From: Candidatus Deferrimicrobiaceae bacterium | GTDB taxonomy: Bacteria; Desulfobacterota; Deferrimicrobia; Deferrimicrobiales; Deferrimicrobiaceae | DNA: 64,000 nt | Assembly (NCBI GenBank): GCA_963792415.1 | Contig: CAWBVY010000006.1 | Coordinates: 224,001-288,000, forward strand | Direction: 5' to 3' | Shown: piece after piece, positions 27,620 through 36,654 of the stretch | Layout: every line of letters begins with the position of its first letter | How positions within the stretch are numbered: position 1 is the first letter of the stretch | Translations under genes and position numbers: made by a program | The notes under the pieces: model-generated | Databases searched by the model: none | What the model was told of the DNA's origin: nothing | Seen by the model: the letters and a program-made list of their open reading frames with translations, nothing else

Positions 27620-29704
27620 CTAGCCGGTTGCCCTCCCCGATGGAAACGCAAGGACCCGTTCCAATACCCGCTTCAATTCCTCCATGCGGAACGGTTTCCC
27701 GAGCATCCCCCGGAACCCGTGGGCGGAGGGATCGGACATCACCGGGTCCGAGGAGTACCCGCTGCAGACGATCACCCTGGCGTCCGGGTACATCCCCAGC
27801 AGGCCCGCGCACGCCTCCTTCCCGCCCATCTTTCCCGGGACGGTGAGGTCCATGACGACCAGATCGTACGGCGTCCCAACCACGGCGGCGTCCCGGTACA
27901 TCCCGATCGCCTCGCTGCCGTCCCGGGCACCCCGCGCCTCGCATCCCAGGTGCTCCAGCATCCCGATCTCCATTTCGCGGACCAGGTCCTCGTCGTCCAT
28001 CACGAGCACCTTGCATATTCCATTCCGGGCGGTTTCCCTCTCCGCCTCCACGACGCGCGGGATGCACTCCGTCGACGCGGGAAGGTAGAGGGACACCGTG
28101 GTCCCCTCCCCCGGTACCGACTCCACGAACAGGTTCCCCCCGTGGCTCTTCATGATGTGGTAGGACGTCGTGAGACCCAGCCCCGTCGCGTTCTCCCGGG
28201 TGGTGAAGTACGGGTCGAAGATCCGCTTCAGGTTCTTCCCCGGTATGCCGACGCCGGTGTCCGCCACCTCGATCTTCACGTACGGGCCGGGGTTGACGTA
28301 CGCCATCTCCCCCTGTCCGACGACGACGTTCTCACCCCGGATCCGGACGGTTCCGCCGCCGGACATCGCCTGCGCCGCGTTGAGCACCAGGTTGCCGATC
28401 ACCTGGCCGATCTGCCCGGCGTCGGCATCCGTCGCGAAGAGATCCTCCGCAATCCCGAACTCGCACCGGACCGGCGTGCCGTGGACCGACAGCAGGGCCG
28501 ATTCCCGGACGAGGCTCTCGATGGAGATCCGCTCCCGGACCGGCTTCCCCCCCTTCGAGAAGGTGAGGAGCTTGGAGGCAAGCTTTTCGGCCCGGTCGGA
28601 GGCCCTCTCCGCCGCTTCCAGCCTCGCGACGGCCTTGCTGGCGGGGTCCAGGATCTGCTTCGCCAGGGAGATGTTCCCGAGGATCGCGGCGAGGAAATTG
28701 TTGAAATCGTGGGCGATGCCGCCGGCGAGGGTCCCGAGGGACTCCAGCTTCTGCCACTTCACCAGCTCCTCTTCCTTTCGGACCTTCACCGTCACGTTTC
28801 GAAAGACGAGGATCGATCCGGCGGTTCCCCCTGCACCTCCCGGGATCGCGGCCGCGCTGTCATCGATCAGCTGCCGGGTCCCGTCCCGCGCAACCAGCAC
28901 GTTCTGCTCGCCGGCCCTGGAATCGGCCTGCCGCTCGACCAGAGGATCCGAAAACTCCTGCCCCGTGCGGCCGTCGAGCAGACGGAACACCTCCCGGACC
29001 GGACGGCCGGCAGCCTCTTCCTGGAACCAACCCGTCATCTCCTCGGCGTGCCGGTTCATGAACTCCACGTTTCCTTCCGCGTCGGTCGTGATGACCCCGT
29101 CCGCGATCGACCGGAGGGTGACCTGCGCCCGCTCTTTCTCGCGGGCCAGCCGGCCGAGGGCCCTCCGTAGCGCCGCCATCGGGAGGATCCACAGGATCAG
29201 GAAGACGGCAATGCCGAGGAGGACGCCGAGCAGGGCAAAGAGTCCCGTGTGCAGGATCAACGGCCGGAGCGTACGGCTGACCTCGACGGCGCCGACGGGC
29301 CGGCCGGATTCCCGGATCAGGTGGGACCGGACGAGGGCGGGCCGGGGAACGGGTTCAGCCGTCGCCGCGATCACGTTCCCTCCGCTGTCCAGGACGCGCC
29401 GGGAATCGCCCGCATGGTCCTCGAACCGCTGCCCGAGCAGTCCCACGATCCGGACGGTCTCGAACTCCCACATGTCGGGATTCGCGCTGGCGATCCGGTT
29501 CATTTCCCGGGAGCACGCCTCCGCTTCCATCCGCAGGGCCGACCCCATGGACTGATAGCCGATGGCGAAATGGACGGACGGCAGCGCCAGTGCCACCACG
29601 ACCGCCACGATCCCGGCGAGCCAGCCGATGACCCGCGACAGGTCCCGGTCCTGCGCTTCCATGGACCGGCGGACCTTCATCCCGAACCGGACGGCCGGAT
29701 TCAC
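27620..29704 (-). CDS. PAS-containing hybrid sensor histidine kinase
   Basis: 2 TM segments, PAS (SIADGVITTD), LAGGIAHDFNN, HATPase (NAAQAM, DTGVGI, GLGL), C-terminal REC. Confidence 0.93.
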   Translation of the reverse strand: MNPAVRFGMKVRRSMEAQDRDLSRVIGWLAGIVAVVVALALPSVHFAIGYQSMGSALRMEAEACSREMNRIASANPDMWEFETVRIVGLLGQRFEDHAGDSRRVLDSGGNVIAATAEPVPRPALVRSHLIRESGRPVGAVEVSRTLRPLILHTGLFALLGVLLGIAVFLILWILPMAALRRALGRLAREKERAQVTLRSIADGVITTDAEGNVEFMNRHAEEMTGWFQEEAAGRPVREVFRLLDGRTGQEFSDPLVERQADSRAGEQNVLVARDGTRQLIDDSAAAIPGGAGGTAGSILVFRNVTVKVRKEEELVKWQKLESLGTLAGGIAHDFNNFLAAILGNISLAKQILDPASKAVARLEAAERASDRAEKLASKLLTFSKGGKPVRERISIESLVRESALLSVHGTPVRCEFGIAEDLFATDADAGQIGQVIGNLVLNAAQAMSGGGTVRIRGENVVVGQGEMAYVNPGPYVKIEVADTGVGIPGKNLKRIFDPYFTTRENATGLGLTTSYHIMKSHGGNLFVESVPGEGTTVSLYLPASTECIPRVVEAERETARNGICKVLVMDDEDLVREMEIGMLEHLGCEARGARDGSEAIGMYRDAAVVGTPYDLVVMDLTVPGKMGGKEACAGLLGMYPDARVIVCSGYSSDPVMSDPSAHGFRGMLGKPFRMEELKRVLERVLAFPSGRATG

Positions 29705-30537
29705 GGCAGCGGTACGTGGCCGACCCGCGAGAGGATGGCCTTCCCCTCCGGCGACCGGACGAAGCGGAGGAACCTCGCCGCGATCGGGGAAGGGGCCTGG
29801 CGGGTCACCATGTGGAACGTCTTCGTGTAGGGGTACGTTCCGTCCCGGACGGATTTCGTCGTGGGCCTCACTCCGGACAGGGAAAGCACCCGGATCCTCC
29901 TTTTCTCGGAGACCGCCATGGCGAGCGTCGTGGTCCCGATCGATCCGCCCGTCCGCTCGAGCACGTCCGCGGCATCCTGGTCCGTCATCGCGACGATCAG
30001 CCCCTCCCGTTCTTGCGACCGTTCCACCGCGTGGGCCATCTCCGGGGATAGCATCCGCAAGGCGATGGTGTCCGTGTCGGCGGCCGGGCGGAGAATGAGC
30101 CGCAAGGCGGTCCCGTCGTCCCAGGTCGTCTTCCTGCCGGCGTAGATTTCAAGGACCTCGGCCAAGGTGGTGTCGGACCGCATCACCTCCGGGTGCACGG
30201 CGAAGACGAAGGCAGTCCGGGCGTACGCCGTTTCCCGCGCCCCCTGCGCCGTCTCCTCCGGGCTCAACGGTCTCGCGCTGAGTCCAATGTCCAGTTTTCC
30301 GGCGAGGACCGCACGGATGCCGCCGCTGCTCCCGATGCTCGGCAGGATGAGCACGTCCACGCCCGGCTCCGCCCTCCGGAAAGCTTCCGCGAGGAACCTC
30401 ATCCCCCCGATGGCTCCCCCCGTGCCGGAGATCCGGAGCGATTCCGCGCGAACGGTTCCAGAGAACAGGATCGCCCCGAGAAACAGCGATACGACCCATG
30501 CGAGTGGAAGGCCTGCCATCTTCCCCGCTCTCGTCAT
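29701..30537 (-). CDS. PstS-like periplasmic substrate-binding protein
   Basis: Signal peptide; LRISGTG, SIGSSGGI, GLSARPL, GTYPY; overlaps the kinase start. Confidence 0.85.
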   Translation of the reverse strand: MTRAGKMAGLPLAWVVSLFLGAILFSGTVRAESLRISGTGGAIGGMRFLAEAFRRAEPGVDVLILPSIGSSGGIRAVLAGKLDIGLSARPLSPEETAQGARETAYARTAFVFAVHPEVMRSDTTLAEVLEIYAGRKTTWDDGTALRLILRPAADTDTIALRMLSPEMAHAVERSQEREGLIVAMTDQDAADVLERTGGSIGTTTLAMAVSEKRRIRVLSLSGVRPTTKSVRDGTYPYTKTFHMVTRQAPSPIAARFLRFVRSPEGKAILSRVGHVPLP

Positions 30538-30803
30538 CGATGCCTCCGTGCCACTCTCGGAAAAACCGGCCGCCCCGGTTTCCCTTCCCTATTTATCGGA
30601 GGAATCCGGGTATTTCTTGATAGTCGGTCCTGATTTATCGGGAGCTCCTTCACCGGAACAGAGGGCGCCATCCGGGATCCCGTTTCCCCGCATCATGGGC
30701 TTCTATCGAAATCGGAAGATGGAATCTCGCCCGCTCCCGGAAAATAGCCCAAAACGCATCCAACTCCATTACCATGACGTATTGAATGCACGCAGGAGGC
30801 TCC

Positions 30804-32423
30804 GTGGAGGAAAGGTTCAATCTGCAGTCGGCCAACTGGATTTCCTACGTCCTGGACCGGCGCAACCAGATCCCCGACATCGCGGTCCCGAATCTCGTGA
30901 GGGATACGCTGATCGTGTTCCTCGGAAACCTGATCGAAGGGCTCTATTTTCACGGCAAATCAAACGCGAAGATCGTGGAAAAAGCGGTTCAAATGAGAGA
31001 CACGGTTCGGGAAAGGGCGCGCCACCGCTATGACGATATCGTCTTGGATCTGCGCGATATCTTTTCAAAAAGGGAGTGGACCGCGGTTCTCATCCCCTCC
31101 GGGTTCCAGGGGTCCCACTCCGCCGATCAGCTATTGACGTCAAGAAAATTCCTGTCGAAATTGTCCGGTACCATCAAGGCCGACCCGCATCTCATCCTTC
31201 AACTGAACGAAGCTCCCAAGAATGATTCGGCCATCACGTACGTATACCCCCCCTTCCACTCCGCCCTGTCGAAATCCACCCGATGGCCGGGGATCCTGCT
31301 CTGGCGCAGAAGCGATGAACCGCTGTTCTTTCCGCTTCCCGCGGAAAAAGCCGAAGATGCCATCCACTGGATCTTCTCCGGGGCGAATGACCTCGCGAAG
31401 ACACCGGGGCATCTCCTGACGCGCCATTACCTGGAGGCCTTTCCCTCCTGCAGCATCCACGCGGGTTCCCGGCTGACATTGCTGCATTTGAGCGACACGC
31501 ACATCGGAAGCAAAACATCGATCGAACGGATCGTAAGGGTGAAGGAGTTCCTGAAAAATTACATGAATCGAAACCGAGGCGATTCGACCGTGGTGTTTCT
31601 GTTGAGCGGGGACATCATGCAGACGCCGGACGAGGGGAACGTGATCTGCGCGAACGACTTCCATGATTTCCTGAAAGATCTCCAGCCTTCCGGCCGGGAT
31701 CCGATCTTCGTGCCTGGGAATCACGATGTTCGAGCGAAGGGGGTATTGAGAAGTCGACCCGCCTCCTCGTCCCTGGCTCCCGCATTCGATGCGAGAATCG
31801 AATGGATCCCGGAGCATTCTGTCGGCATTCTCTGCTGGAATTCCGCCGATGCCGGAAGGATGGCACGGGGGAAGATCACGAGGGAACAGTACAGGACCAT
31901 CGAAGAGCGCTTGAATCCTCTCCCTCGGGGCACCAGCAAACCGATACTGATCTCCCTGCTGCATCATCACCCCATGCAGCTGCACCGGATCGATCCGGAG
32001 ATGGTCAGGTTTCACATGAAGACTCTTGGTGCATCCTTCCGAAATATTATCGGTTTTGCCTATGGACATATGGATCGGTTGGCGGATGCGCAGGAATTTA
32101 TCCGCTTCTGTGACTCCCACGGCGTAAAGGCGATCCTTCACGGCCACAAGCACATCCCCATCGCGGGAAGAATCCCCGACCATCTGCTGGAAAACCGGCC
32201 GATCCATGTTTTCGGATGTGGGAGCTCCGTGGGGAAAAACACGTACATGTACAAAAAACTGTTCAATGTGGACTATGAAATCTCATTGAACGAGATCGTT
32301 CTCGACTTCCGGACGCACCTCCTGTCGGGGAGACTGATGGCGGAAACCCAGTACGAGAAGGGACTGGCGACGATGAAAACCCACCACGGATTTCTTTCCC
32401 GGTCCGCCATCGGGCCTCCGTGA
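30804..32423 (+). CDS. metallophosphoesterase with a long unknown N-terminal domain
   Basis: LHLSDTH, LSGDI, PGNHD, LHHHP, LHGHKH; GTG at 30804 after AGGAGG; visibly lower GC. Confidence 0.8.
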   Translation: MEERFNLQSANWISYVLDRRNQIPDIAVPNLVRDTLIVFLGNLIEGLYFHGKSNAKIVEKAVQMRDTVRERARHRYDDIVLDLRDIFSKREWTAVLIPSGFQGSHSADQLLTSRKFLSKLSGTIKADPHLILQLNEAPKNDSAITYVYPPFHSALSKSTRWPGILLWRRSDEPLFFPLPAEKAEDAIHWIFSGANDLAKTPGHLLTRHYLEAFPSCSIHAGSRLTLLHLSDTHIGSKTSIERIVRVKEFLKNYMNRNRGDSTVVFLLSGDIMQTPDEGNVICANDFHDFLKDLQPSGRDPIFVPGNHDVRAKGVLRSRPASSSLAPAFDARIEWIPEHSVGILCWNSADAGRMARGKITREQYRTIEERLNPLPRGTSKPILISLLHHHPMQLHRIDPEMVRFHMKTLGASFRNIIGFAYGHMDRLADAQEFIRFCDSHGVKAILHGHKHIPIAGRIPDHLLENRPIHVFGCGSSVGKNTYMYKKLFNVDYEISLNEIVLDFRTHLLSGRLMAETQYEKGLATMKTHHGFLSRSAIGPP

Positions 32424-32436
32424 CCACCGGCCTTCC

Positions 32437-33000
32437 CTACGGCAGGCTGAGAATGAGGGCCGTCTCGATCGTCGCCGCGACAACGAGGAGGGGGAATACG
32501 ACGGCGAAATACCGCCGGAAGGCGTGCTCCATGTGGGTTTTGAGGGGGGTGCCTTCCTTCCCTCGCATTCTCCGGACGACCATCACGCCGAGCCACAGGC
32601 CGTAGGAGGCCGCGATAAGAAGGGCCGGTATCTCGAACACCCCGTACGGCAAAACCTTAAGCGCCGCCTTCGAGTAACCGGACACCTCGGACGCCTGGCG
32701 GTAAAGCACGCCCAGGCCGAACGCGTTGGAGCCGACGGCGAATGCCGGGATGATTCCGACGATCACGCCGAAGAGGACCACGAACAACGTCGCCATCACA
32801 TTCTGCACGAGGATACTGAAGAAAAGCATCCCGCCGGAAAGTTCCCGATAGTCCCCCGCCATTGCCTGGAACATCTCGGTAATCTGCCGCCGGACGGGCG
32901 AGGGGACAAAGGTACCTGCCAGGAAGGAGGCGGCGAAGATCAGGGTAAGAACCAGGATGTACGGTTTTATGGTCCGGTCGAACATCCCCGCGAAATTCAA
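32437..33000 (-). CDS. SpoIIM/DUF95 family membrane protein
   Basis: ILVQN, N..GLG, LPYGVFEIPA, LLVVAATIE. Confidence 0.85.
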   Translation of the reverse strand: MNFAGMFDRTIKPYILVLTLIFAASFLAGTFVPSPVRRQITEMFQAMAGDYRELSGGMLFFSILVQNVMATLFVVLFGVIVGIIPAFAVGSNAFGLGVLYRQASEVSGYSKAALKVLPYGVFEIPALLIAASYGLWLGVMVVRRMRGKEGTPLKTHMEHAFRRYFAVVFPLLVVAATIETALILSLP

Positions 33001-33062
33001 TTCGGCATCCTCACTCCCGATCTATGCGGTCCAGCGTTCCTGCCGAAACGCGGGAACGACCA

Positions 33063-34136
33063 TCACAAGGGCTTCGCCCGCTCGTATTGGGAAGGCCAGG
33101 GGAGGTCCACACCGAGGCTGCGGGCGGCATGGAGAGGCCAGTACGGATCCCGCAGGAATTCCCTCCCGATCATGATGGCATCCGCCAGGCCTGTCGAAAC
33201 GATCCGGTCGGCCTGCGCGGGTTCGGTGATCCAGCCGACGGCACCCGTCGCGATCCCCGCTTCCCGACGGATGGCCGCGGCGAAGGGCGTCTGAAATCCG
33301 GGACCCGCCGGAATCTTCGCGTCGGGAACGGCTCCGCCGCTGGAACAGTCGACCATGTCGATGCCGACCGTCTTCATCTCCCGCGCCAGCGCAATGGTCT
33401 GTGGAAGATCCCACCCTTCCTCGACCCAGTCCGTGGCGGAGACGCGAACGAACACCGGCAGCCGTTCCGGCCACTCCTCGCGGACGGCGCGGGCCACGGA
33501 GACGGGGAAGCGGAGACGATTTTCCAGGCTTCCGCCCCAGGCATCCGTCCTCCGGTTGGTCAACGGGGAGAGGAATTCGTGCAGGAGGTACCCGTGCGCC
33601 ATGTGAACCTCGACAACCTCGAACCCCGCCTCCCGTCCGTGGCGGGCGGCGGAGGAAAACGCGGCGCGGACGCGTTCCATATCCGCCTCCGTCATTTCCC
33701 GGGGGACGGCGTATCCTTCCGCGAATGGGATCGGGCTGGGAGCGATCGGTTGCCATCCCCCGCTCCCGGCGTCCAGCGGCTTTCCCCCGCGCCAGGGGAC
33801 ATCGGTCGAGGCTTTCCTGCCGGCGTGCGCGATCTGGAGTCCGGCCACGGCCCCGTGCTGCCGGAGGAAGCCGGCGACTCTGCGGAACGCCGCAGCCTGT
33901 TCCCGGGACCAGATCCCCGTATCGAAGGGGGTGATCCGTCCTTCCGGGGAAACCGCCGTGGCTTCGGTCATCACCAGGGCGGCGCCTCCGATCGCCCGAC
34001 TCCCCAGGTGCACCAGGTGCCAATCGGCCGGAATTCCATCGACGGCGGAATACTGGCACATCGGGGAGACGAAGATCCGGTTCCTGAATGTCGACTCCCT
34101 CAGGCGAAGGGGGGAAAACAGGCGCGCCCCGCTCAT
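33063..34136 (-). CDS. NADH:flavin oxidoreductase (old yellow enzyme, YqjM-like)
   Basis: VSPMCQYS, QIAHAGRKAS, HMAHGYLLHEFLSP, GREFLRDPYW. Confidence 0.93.
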   Translation of the reverse strand: MSGARLFSPLRLRESTFRNRIFVSPMCQYSAVDGIPADWHLVHLGSRAIGGAALVMTEATAVSPEGRITPFDTGIWSREQAAAFRRVAGFLRQHGAVAGLQIAHAGRKASTDVPWRGGKPLDAGSGGWQPIAPSPIPFAEGYAVPREMTEADMERVRAAFSSAARHGREAGFEVVEVHMAHGYLLHEFLSPLTNRRTDAWGGSLENRLRFPVSVARAVREEWPERLPVFVRVSATDWVEEGWDLPQTIALAREMKTVGIDMVDCSSGGAVPDAKIPAGPGFQTPFAAAIRREAGIATGAVGWITEPAQADRIVSTGLADAIMIGREFLRDPYWPLHAARSLGVDLPWPSQYERAKPL

Positions 34137-34224
34137 GTCGACATCCTCCTCCCCCCGTCAACCTGGCGTCGCATTCCTGCCCTCCCATGACACTCTCTCC
34201 GAATACGGTTCCCCGCGGGACCCG

Positions 34225-34986
34225 TCATGGATAATCTTGACGCGTAGGACGGACGACGACGTCGCAGATGTGCACGTGAGGCGGCCGGGTGACGATGTAG
34301 TGTATGGCGTCCGCCACGTCGTCGCCCCGCAACAACGGGCCGAATTTTTCCTGAAAGCCGCGTACCATCTCGTCGTTGTACCCCGCACCCGCCTGAAACC
34401 CGCTGAGCACGACGCCGGGCTCCACCAGCGAAACGCGAACGCCTTTCGGTCCCACCTCCCGGCGCAACCCTTCCGCCAGCGCATGCACGGCGAATTTCGT
34501 GGCGCCATATACCGCGCTGAAGGGAGATATGTGCCGCCCCACCACCGACCCGACGATGACGATATCCGCCGCCGCCTGCGGGTAGGCGCTCTGCTGCCCG
34601 TCCACCATCCTCTGCGCGGCTTTCTGCAGCAACGCGAGGGTGCCGGTCACGTTGATTTTCACCGTCTCCTCGAATTGCGCCAGGTCGGCGTCCTTGACCG
34701 ATCCCCCCAGACCCCTCCCCGCGTTGGCGACGACAATGTCGGCCCGTTTGCCGAAACGCTCGATTGCCGCGGCAAAGAGCCGCTCAAGGACGGTGGCATC
34801 GGAAGCGTCCCCCGCGACACCGCGGAACGCGGCGCCGATCTCCTTTTCCATCGCGGCAAGCACCGCGGCGCCGCGCCCGTTTCCAACCACGCCGAAGCCG
34901 GAAGCCGCGAATTTCCTGGCGGTGGCCTCGCCGATTCCGGACGTGGCGCCGGTCACGATCGCGATGCGCGAATATTTCCCGGACAT
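34225..34986 (-). CDS. short-chain dehydrogenase/reductase
   Basis: VTGATSGIG, NAG, YGATK. Confidence 0.92.
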   Translation of the reverse strand: MSGKYSRIAIVTGATSGIGEATARKFAASGFGVVGNGRGAAVLAAMEKEIGAAFRGVAGDASDATVLERLFAAAIERFGKRADIVVANAGRGLGGSVKDADLAQFEETVKINVTGTLALLQKAAQRMVDGQQSAYPQAAADIVIVGSVVGRHISPFSAVYGATKFAVHALAEGLRREVGPKGVRVSLVEPGVVLSGFQAGAGYNDEMVRGFQEKFGPLLRGDDVADAIHYIVTRPPHVHICDVVVRPTRQDYP

Positions 34987-35098
34987 GGTATTCCCCCTGT
35001 TGCGGTCTGCGCGGTTTCCCTCCGCCTTCCTGCATGATAATGGAGATGGAAGCCAGGTGTGTCGGAAAAGCGAACATTTGCCGGAAGGGAGGGATCCC

Positions 35099-35845
35099 GT
35101 GAACCCCAAGGTGCTCTCCGTTAACCGCTTGCGACGGCTCTACGGCGACACGGTCGCGGTGGACGACATCTCCTTCGATGTCGGGCAAGGGGAAATCGTC
35201 GGTCTCCTGGGGCCGAACGGGGCCGGGAAGACGACCACCATCAACATGATCCTGGGGGTCCTCGAGCCGACCTCGGGGACGATCCGCATCGAAGGCGCCG
35301 ACATCGCCGCAAGCCGTGTCCGGGCGCTTGAGCGCACCAACTTCGCGGCCGTCTACGCCCCGCTTCCCGGCAACCTGACCGTGCACCAGAACCTGCGCGT
35401 CTTCGGACTGATGTACGGGGTGAAGGAACTTCCGGAGCGGATCGAGGCGTTGCTGGAACAGTTCGACCTCAAGAGACTCCGGCACGCCAAGTGCGGCGTC
35501 CTCTCGTCCGGTGAGCAAACCCGCGTGAGCCTCGCCAAGGCGATGATCAACCGACCGCGCCTTCTGCTCCTGGACGAGCCGACCGCGTCGCTCGACCCCG
35601 CCGTGGCAAGCGATATCCGCGCCCAGGTTCACGAGTTCGTCTCACGGGACCAGGTGGGGGTGCTCTGGACCTCGCACAACATGCACGAGGTCGCGGACGT
35701 CTGCGACCGCGTGCTCTTTCTCTCCCGCGGGAGGATTCTCCTCGAGGGGGACCCGGGAACCTTGCCGCGCGCGCACGGCAAGGAGACGCTCGAGGAGCTC
35801 TTCATCGCCGTGGCCCGCGAGCCGCTCGCGCTGAAGCGGACCTGA
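35099..35845 (+). CDS. ABC transporter ATP-binding protein
   Basis: GPNGAGKTT, LSSGE, LLLDEP, SH; GTG start at 35099. Confidence 0.92.
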   Translation: MNPKVLSVNRLRRLYGDTVAVDDISFDVGQGEIVGLLGPNGAGKTTTINMILGVLEPTSGTIRIEGADIAASRVRALERTNFAAVYAPLPGNLTVHQNLRVFGLMYGVKELPERIEALLEQFDLKRLRHAKCGVLSSGEQTRVSLAKAMINRPRLLLLDEPTASLDPAVASDIRAQVHEFVSRDQVGVLWTSHNMHEVADVCDRVLFLSRGRILLEGDPGTLPRAHGKETLEELFIAVAREPLALKRT

Positions 35846-35847
35846 GC

Positions 35848-36654
35848 ATGGCGTCCTTTCGCCGCACCGCCGCGATCGTGCTTCGGCAGTTCTATCTCAT
35901 GCGCGGAAGTCCGGTGCGCGTGCTTCCGATCTTCGCGTGGGTCGCCGTCGACATCGTGCTGTGGGGATTCATCACCCGGTATCTCAACGCGATCGCCTCG
36001 CCCGGTTTCGATTTCGTCCCGGTGCTCCTGGGCGCCATCCTTCTTTGGGACTTCTTCACCCGGGTCATGCACGGCGTGAGCATCGCGTTCCTGGAGGATG
36101 TCTGGTCGCACAACTTCCTCAACCTTTTCGCGTCGCCGCTCTCGATCCGGGAGTACGTCGGCGGCCTCGTGCTCACCAGCATCGCGACGAGCGCGTTGGG
36201 GCTCCTCACAATGGTCGTCCTGGCGACCACGGTCTTCGGGCTGTCCTTCTTCGTCTACGGGCTCCTGCTCGTCCCGTTCCTTCTCGTGCTCTTCCTGTTC
36301 GGGATCGCCCTCGGCATCTTCGCGAGCGCGCTCGTGCTCCGCTTCGGGCCCGCGTCCGAGTGGATCGTCTGGCCCATCCCCGCCTTCCTCTCCCCCTTCG
36401 CCGCGGTCTTCTACCCGGTATCGACGCTCCCGCCGTGGATGCAACAGGTCTCCCGCCTGCTGCCCCCTTCGTACGTGTTCGAGGGGATGCGAGCGATCGT
36501 CTCGGGCGGCGCGTATCGGGGAACCACGCTGTTGTTGAGCGGCTGCCTCGCGGGTCTATACATCCTGCTTGCTTCTTGGTGCTTCACCCGCATCCATCGC
36601 CACGCGGTTCGCACCGGGCTGCTCGCCCGCTACAGCGCCGAAAGCACAGGCTAG
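35848..36654 (+). CDS. ABC-2 type transporter permease
   Basis: 6 TM segments, FYPVSTLPPW..PPSYVFEGMR. Confidence 0.88.
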   Translation: MASFRRTAAIVLRQFYLMRGSPVRVLPIFAWVAVDIVLWGFITRYLNAIASPGFDFVPVLLGAILLWDFFTRVMHGVSIAFLEDVWSHNFLNLFASPLSIREYVGGLVLTSIATSALGLLTMVVLATTVFGLSFFVYGLLLVPFLLVLFLFGIALGIFASALVLRFGPASEWIVWPIPAFLSPFAAVFYPVSTLPPWMQQVSRLLPPSYVFEGMRAIVSGGAYRGTTLLLSGCLAGLYILLASWCFTRIHRHAVRTGLLARYSAESTG

